Below are positions 59,983-64,000 of a stretch of DNA of 64,000 bases, in pieces. The notes beneath the pieces are model-generated. The model searched no databases, had not been told where the DNA came from, and saw only the letters and a program-made list of their open reading frames with translations. The stretch comes from Acidimicrobiia bacterium (GTDB lineage Bacteria; Actinomycetota; Acidimicrobiia; IMCC26256; PALSA-555): assembly GCA_040881685.1 (NCBI GenBank), contig JBBECS010000017.1:52957-116956 (forward strand). Direction: 5' to 3'. The number at the start of each line of letters is the position of its first letter. Position 1 is the stretch's first letter. The position numbers and the translations under genes were made by a program.

Positions 59983-60856
59983 GGCTCACCTCTTTCGCCA
60001 AGTCGCGGTACGCCTTCGCGCCCCGCGATCCGCTGTCGAACACGATGATTGGCTGGCCGAACGACGGCGCCTCGGAGAGGCGCACCGTGCGGGGCACGAC
60101 CGTTGCGTACACCTTGCCGCCGAAGTACTCGCGGACCTCGTTCACGACCTGGTCGGCGAGCTTGGTGCGCGCGTCGTACATCGTGAGGATGATCCCTCGC
60201 ACGTCGAGCAGCGGGTTGAGGTTGGCCTGCACGAGAGACACGTTGCGGAGCAGCTGGCCGAGGCCTTCCAGCGCGTAGTACTCGCACTGGATCGGCACGA
60301 TCACGTCGTCGGCGGCGGCGAGGCCGTTGACCGTGAGCAGACCGAGCGACGGCGGGCAGTCGATGAGGATGATGTCGTACTGATCCCGCACCGTCTCGAG
60401 TGCCTTGCGGAGCTTGAGCTCGCGGCTGATCTGGGGGACCAGCTCGATCTCGGCTCCGGCGAGGTCGATCGTCGCCGGGGCGACGAACAGGTTCTTGATG
60501 CTTGTGGCCTCGATCGCGTCCTCCATCGAGGTGTCGCCCAAGATCACGTCGTAGATCGAGCCCGAAACGTCGCGGGGGTTGAGCCCGAGTCCGGTCGTGG
60601 CGTTCCCCTGTGGGTCGAGGTCGACGACGAGGACCCGAAAGTCGAGCTCCGCAAGCGATGCACCGAGGTTCACCGCGGTCGTGGTCTTGCCGACGCCGCC
60701 CTTCTGATTGGCGATGGCGACGATGCGGGGCAGCTCCATCGGCTTGGGCGCCGCGATCGCTGCCGGCTCGGGCAATGTCTGCGGATCGAGGATCGGGCCG
60801 TCGGGCAGCCCGAGCGCCTCGTCGGTGTCGACGTCGATCTTCGTCTTGGCCACCAC
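59957..60856 (-). CDS. parA: chromosome partitioning ATPase ParA/Soj
   Basis: RIVAIANQKGGVGKTTTAVNLGASLA...VLVVDLDPQGN. Overlaps the parB start by 26 nt. Confidence 0.95.
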   Translation of the reverse strand: MVAKTKIDVDTDEALGLPDGPILDPQTLPEPAAIAAPKPMELPRIVAIANQKGGVGKTTTAVNLGASLAELDFRVLVVDLDPQGNATTGLGLNPRDVSGSIYDVILGDTSMEDAIEATSIKNLFVAPATIDLAGAEIELVPQISRELKLRKALETVRDQYDIILIDCPPSLGLLTVNGLAAADDVIVPIQCEYYALEGLGQLLRNVSLVQANLNPLLDVRGIILTMYDARTKLADQVVNEVREYFGGKVYATVVPRTVRLSEAPSFGQPIIVFDSGSRGAKAYRDLAKEVSRGAVKRAG

Positions 60857-61065
60857 AGCCTCCGTGGATCGTGAGCCTCGACCTGAGGTTGAGGGGAGGA
60901 GGATACGTCGCCCGCGGGCGCTTGACCAGAGGTTGTGTCAGATTTCTTTTGGCTCTGCTTCGTGAGGTCTCGCGCTCGTTGGGCGGGGGTCTTTGGCTCC
61001 GGCCTGCGGCCCGTCACTCGCTGCGAGCGCCGGACCTCCGGCCTCCCTTGGGCGCCGGAGGCTCC

Positions 61066-61079
61066 GTTCCACGTGGAAC
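61066..61079. promoter_or_regulatory. parS-like site 1 (GTTCCACGTGGAAC)
   Basis: Perfect 14-bp palindrome. Differs from the canonical GTTTCACGTGAAAC by one symmetric T>C / A>G change. Confidence 0.7.
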
Positions 61080-61121
61080 ATCGACGGGTGGGACGAACTC
61101 GGTGTCTGGCCGAGGACCTGC

Positions 61122-61135
61122 GTTCCACGTGGAAC
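61122..61135. promoter_or_regulatory. parS-like site 2 (GTTCCACGTGGAAC)
   Basis: Identical 14-mer 56 bp from site 1, in the parA-rsmG spacer. Confidence 0.7.
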
Positions 61136-61150
61136 GTTTTGGGTGGGGAG

Positions 61151-61669
61151 CTACCAGAGGGGGCGTTTCCTGGGGATGCCTGGGCGTCTGGGCCACTTGT
61201 CCTTGGGCGGGGTAGTGAGGGTGAGGAGGGCGACGGTGGCTCCGGTGGCCTGGAGGATCCTGGGTGGGGTGAGGCCGAGCTGTGCTGCTGCTGCTTCGGG
61301 CCATCTCGTGGTGGGGGTGGTGTCGGGGGGTTCGCTGACGGCGAGTCGGCCGCCCTTCTTCAGGAAGCCGACCGCGCATTCGGCGGTGACGGCGGGGCGG
61401 CCGAAGCCTCGGGCGACGACGAGGTCAAAGGCGGCGCGGTGGCGGGGGTCCCGGGCGGCGTCTTCGGCGCGAGCGGTGACGATCTCGAGGCGGTCGGACA
61501 GGTTCAGCTCGGCGATCGCGTCGGTGAGGAACGCCGTACGGCGCTGGCGGCTGTCGAGCAGGGCGCCGGTCGACGCCGGCCACGCGAGGGCGAGCACGAG
61601 GCCGGGGATGCCGGCGCCGGTTCCGAGGTCGAGGAAGTGCGCGGGTGCTGGGCCGAGCGCCTCAACCAT
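61151..61669 (-). CDS. rsmG: 16S rRNA (guanine527-N7)-methyltransferase RsmG; annotated from first canonical start, but homology continues upstream
   Basis: FLDLGTGAGIPGLVLA SAM motif. The in-frame upstream 34 codons (…ALVRALEEARGQGFLGPGPVKDHLDHAAA) still look RsmG-like but contain no ATG/GTG/TTG (see finding). Confidence 0.8.
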   Translation of the reverse strand: MVEALGPAPAHFLDLGTGAGIPGLVLALAWPASTGALLDSRQRRTAFLTDAIAELNLSDRLEIVTARAEDAARDPRHRAAFDLVVARGFGRPAVTAECAVGFLKKGGRLAVSEPPDTTPTTRWPEAAAAQLGLTPPRILQATGATVALLTLTTPPKDKWPRRPGIPRKRPLW

Positions 61670-61772
61670 GGCTGCGGCGTGGTCGAGGTGGTCTTTGACA
61701 GGCCCTGGCCCGAGGAAGCCTTGGCCGCGCGCCTCCTCGAGCGCACGGACGAGTGCCGGCGGGTGGGCACCG

Positions 61773-62657
61773 TCAGACGCGGTGGATCACCACCCAGCGC
61801 CGGGGGTCTTCGCCCTCGGACGCCGTGGCCAGCCCGTCCAGCTCGGCGACCGCATCGTGCACCACCTTGCGGTCCGACGCGTTCATCGGCTCCAGCGCCT
61901 GGTCCTCACCCGATGCCAAGACCTGCTCGGCGAGCTCCCGGGCAAACTTCCCCAGGGCTTCCCGGCGCTTGGCCCGGTAGCCCCCGACATCCACGTTGAT
62001 GCGGGCGCCGCGGCCCTCCGTCTGGCGCTGGACGGCCGTGCGGACCAACTCCTCGATGGCCTGGAGCGTCGCTCCCTTCGGCCCGAGCAACAGGCCCACG
62101 TCGTCTCCGGTCACGTCCACGAGCACACCGTCGTCCTCGATTCGCGCCTCGGTCGCGGCACCGACTTCAAAGGCGTCGACAATCCCCCGCGTGAACTCCT
62201 CGGCGGACGCTCGCTGCTCCTCCAAGGAGACCTCGTCCACTTCCTCGTCCATCGTTTCCTCTCCTCTCGCGCCGGCCGGGCGCTGCTCACGAGCCTGGTC
62301 ACCGCTGCGGGCACCGCCGCGTCCTCGTCCACCTCGGCGTCGGCGCCTGGTCGCAGGACGGGCCGCGTCGCCATCATCGGTGGCGACTGCCGCCGGTGCC
62401 GTCGACGGCCGTCGCGGTCGTCGGGCCTCGCCCCGCCCTTGGTCCCGTCGGCTCGAGCGGCGGCGCCGCTCGCCCGGCTTCTCCCGGGAGACGGGCTTCA
62501 CCCGGGCCCGGATGCGCGCCTCGCGCCGCCCGAGGAGCCCACCTCGGGGCTCCTCCATCACCTCGTACTCGACTTCGTCCTCGTCCACCCCGAGCTCGTC
62601 GAGGGCGCTGTCCAGCGCCTCAGCGACCGTCCGGCCAGTGGTCTCCACCCATTCCAT
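61773..62657 (-). CDS. jag: Jag/KhpB RNA-binding protein (Jag_N + KH + R3H)
   Basis: MEWVETTGRTVAEALDSALDELGV...GLLLGPKGATLQAIEEL...EPMNASDRKVVHDAV. Arg-rich linker. Confidence 0.9.
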   Translation of the reverse strand: MEWVETTGRTVAEALDSALDELGVDEDEVEYEVMEEPRGGLLGRREARIRARVKPVSREKPGERRRRSSRRDQGRGEARRPRRPSTAPAAVATDDGDAARPATRRRRRGGRGRGGARSGDQAREQRPAGARGEETMDEEVDEVSLEEQRASAEEFTRGIVDAFEVGAATEARIEDDGVLVDVTGDDVGLLLGPKGATLQAIEELVRTAVQRQTEGRGARINVDVGGYRAKRREALGKFARELAEQVLASGEDQALEPMNASDRKVVHDAVAELDGLATASEGEDPRRWVVIHRV

Positions 62658-62660
62658 CCT

Positions 62661-63782
62661 CTAGCGCTTGCGCTTTTTCTTGTTGCGCCGACGGGGTTGT
62701 GACGAGCGGCTGGCGCCCGAACCCCCGCCCTTCGCAGGGTCGGCTGGCGCCGCCCCTCGCGAACCACCGCCGTTGTCTTCTGGCGGGGGCGGCATGGCGA
62801 ACAAGCCTCGAAGCCCCGAGCTCCGCTCTTGCGTGGTCGCGGTCACGCGCTCCGGTGCCGGCGCGGCTCGGTGCTCCTCTGCCGCTGCGGGTTCGGCTTC
62901 CGCGGCGGCCTCGATCGCCGTCGACGGTTCTGCCGACTTGCCGCCCCGCACGGTGCTCTTGGCGTCCAGGAGCTTGCCGCCGGGCGCATGCAACACCGAC
63001 CCGTGCCGCCGGAAGATGACCTCCTGCTGGCCCAACCGCCAGAGGTTGCTGACGAAGAAGTACAGCACCAGCCCGGCTGGGAAGTTCAGCGAGATGAGCC
63101 CGAAGAACACCGGCAGCACCTTCATCACCACGCCCATCTGCTTGTTGGCGACGGGCGTGCGCTTCTGGGCTTGGCGGCTCTGCAGGAAGCCGGTGAGCAT
63201 CACCAGCACGACGAGCAGGAAGTACGGCGAGGCGTCGAAGAACCCGCCGTGGGGGTCGGTAGCGGTGAGCTGCAAGTCGATGCCGAGGAACTTGAGGTGA
63301 TGGATCAGCGGCTTGCCGATCTGGAGGCTCTCGCCAGGGAAGGTGTCCGCGATCTTGCGGGTCACTTCGACACCACAATTCTCGAACCCATGGCAGAGGT
63401 CGGCGTAGAGCTGCCCGAGTGAGCCCTTCGTGGGCACGTACTTCTGGGAGTTGCGGAGCACGTTGAAGAGCGAAATGAAGATCGGCATCTGCGCCAAGAG
63501 GGGCAGACAACCCGCGAGCGGGTTGATCTTGTTCTCCTGGTAGAACTTCATCATCTCTTCGTTGAGCTTCTGGCGGTCGTTCTTGTACTTCGCCTGCAGC
63601 TTCTTGATCTCCGGCTGGACCCGCTGCATCGCCATCATCGACTTGGCTTGCTTCGCGGTCAGCGGATACAGGATCAACATGATCGTGAAGGTGAGCAGGA
63701 TGATGGCCACGCCCAGGTTGGGCACGACCGAGTAGAAGACGGCCAGGAGCCAGGCGATGGCTTCGTAGAGCCAGTCGAGCAT
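62661..63782 (-). CDS. yidC: membrane protein insertase YidC
   Basis: PLTAKQAKSMMAMQRVQPEIKKLQAKYKND...INPLAGCLPLLAQMPIF... Confidence 0.93.
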   Translation of the reverse strand: MLDWLYEAIAWLLAVFYSVVPNLGVAIILLTFTIMLILYPLTAKQAKSMMAMQRVQPEIKKLQAKYKNDRQKLNEEMMKFYQENKINPLAGCLPLLAQMPIFISLFNVLRNSQKYVPTKGSLGQLYADLCHGFENCGVEVTRKIADTFPGESLQIGKPLIHHLKFLGIDLQLTATDPHGGFFDASPYFLLVVLVMLTGFLQSRQAQKRTPVANKQMGVVMKVLPVFFGLISLNFPAGLVLYFFVSNLWRLGQQEVIFRRHGSVLHAPGGKLLDAKSTVRGGKSAEPSTAIEAAAEAEPAAAEEHRAAPAPERVTATTQERSSGLRGLFAMPPPPEDNGGGSRGAAPADPAKGGGSGASRSSQPRRRNKKKRKR

Positions 63783-63794
63783 CGGGGACCTCTC

Positions 63795-64000
63795 TCAGGC
63801 GGTCGGCGCCACGCGCGACCGAGGGGAACGTGTGTTCGATCTTGGGGGAACGGGGTCGACGCCGCCCGGATTCCACGGGTGACAGCGGCCCACGCGACGG
63901 GCGGCGAGCCAGGTGCCCCGGGCTGCGCCGTGGGTCTCGAGAGCCTCGAGGGCGTAGGCCGAGCACGAGGGGTGGAACCGGCACCGCGGCGGCAGCCGCG
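63795..64000 (-). CDS. yidD: membrane protein insertion efficiency factor YidD (5' end beyond window)
   Basis: Own translation of the reverse complement: [51 protein letters not shown]...; stop TGA at 63797..63795. Confidence 0.85.
   Translation of the reverse strand, partial: RLPPRCRFHPSCSAYALEALETHGAARGTWLAARRVGRCHPWNPGGVDPVPPRSNTRSPRSRVAPTA

Noticed and set aside
60857-61150. oriC in the 294-bp parA-rsmG spacer
   Set aside because: It contains parS-like sites but no DnaA-box cluster or AT-rich unwinding element. The actinobacterial oriC lies between dnaA and dnaN, which are beyond the window end.
62620-63984. 454-aa minus ORF overlapping yidC/yidD in another frame
   Set aside because: It is out of frame relative to the unmistakable YidC (62661..63782) and YidD sequences, and is Arg/Pro-rich.

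Overview
Very GC-rich actinobacterial (Actinomycetota) chromosome segment, tightly packed and mostly core housekeeping genes. All calls come from reading the sequence and the ORF track by eye; no searches were run.

Gene order, left to right:
- De novo purine genes purL, purQ, purS, purC, purB, purD, purA.
- Heat-shock regulon: clpB and dnaK-grpE-dnaJ-hspR, both preceded by HspR-type operators.
- A cNMP-binding protein, an HdrD-like Fe-S reductase and dcd.
- A short accessory-looking stretch (22.8-29.4 kb): frameshifted DHFR-family gene, tRNA-Gly(CCC), truncated GNAT gene, secreted and membrane proteins, nucS, two tiny paralogous membrane proteins, a sulfotransferase and tag.
- Origin-proximal block: intein-containing dnaB, rplI-rpsR-ssb-rpsF, panB, padR-ino1, cca, NfeD/SPFH, murJ, an ECF sigma/anti-sigma pair, trxB-trxA, cwlM, parB-parA, rsmG, jag, yidC, yidD.

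As I recall it, this order parallels Mycobacterium Rv0046c-Rv0058 and Rv3907c-Rv3921c. Many start codons are supported by ATGA/GTGA/TGATG overlaps with the upstream stop.

I found no defence island, CRISPR array, prophage or IS element, and no clear novel multi-gene system. The things most worth a second look:
1. Two copies of a ~135-140 nt multi-hairpin element with compensatory base changes (50.7 kb and 58.9 kb).
2. A family of GC-rich GTA-centred palindromic intergenic repeats.
3. A unique G14C13 palindrome after nucS, either an extreme hairpin or a poly-G assembly join.
4. A PilT-like ATPase with every catalytic motif degenerate, in an operon with a deacetylase.
5. A standalone kinase with intact catalytic motifs and a discoidin-like ectodomain, at the position where mycobacterial MurJ carries a fused pseudokinase.
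6. Two apparent 1-nt-deletion frameshifts (DHFR-family gene, rsmG 5' end).

Many long ORFs in the track are antisense or out-of-frame shadows typical of high-GC DNA and were rejected.
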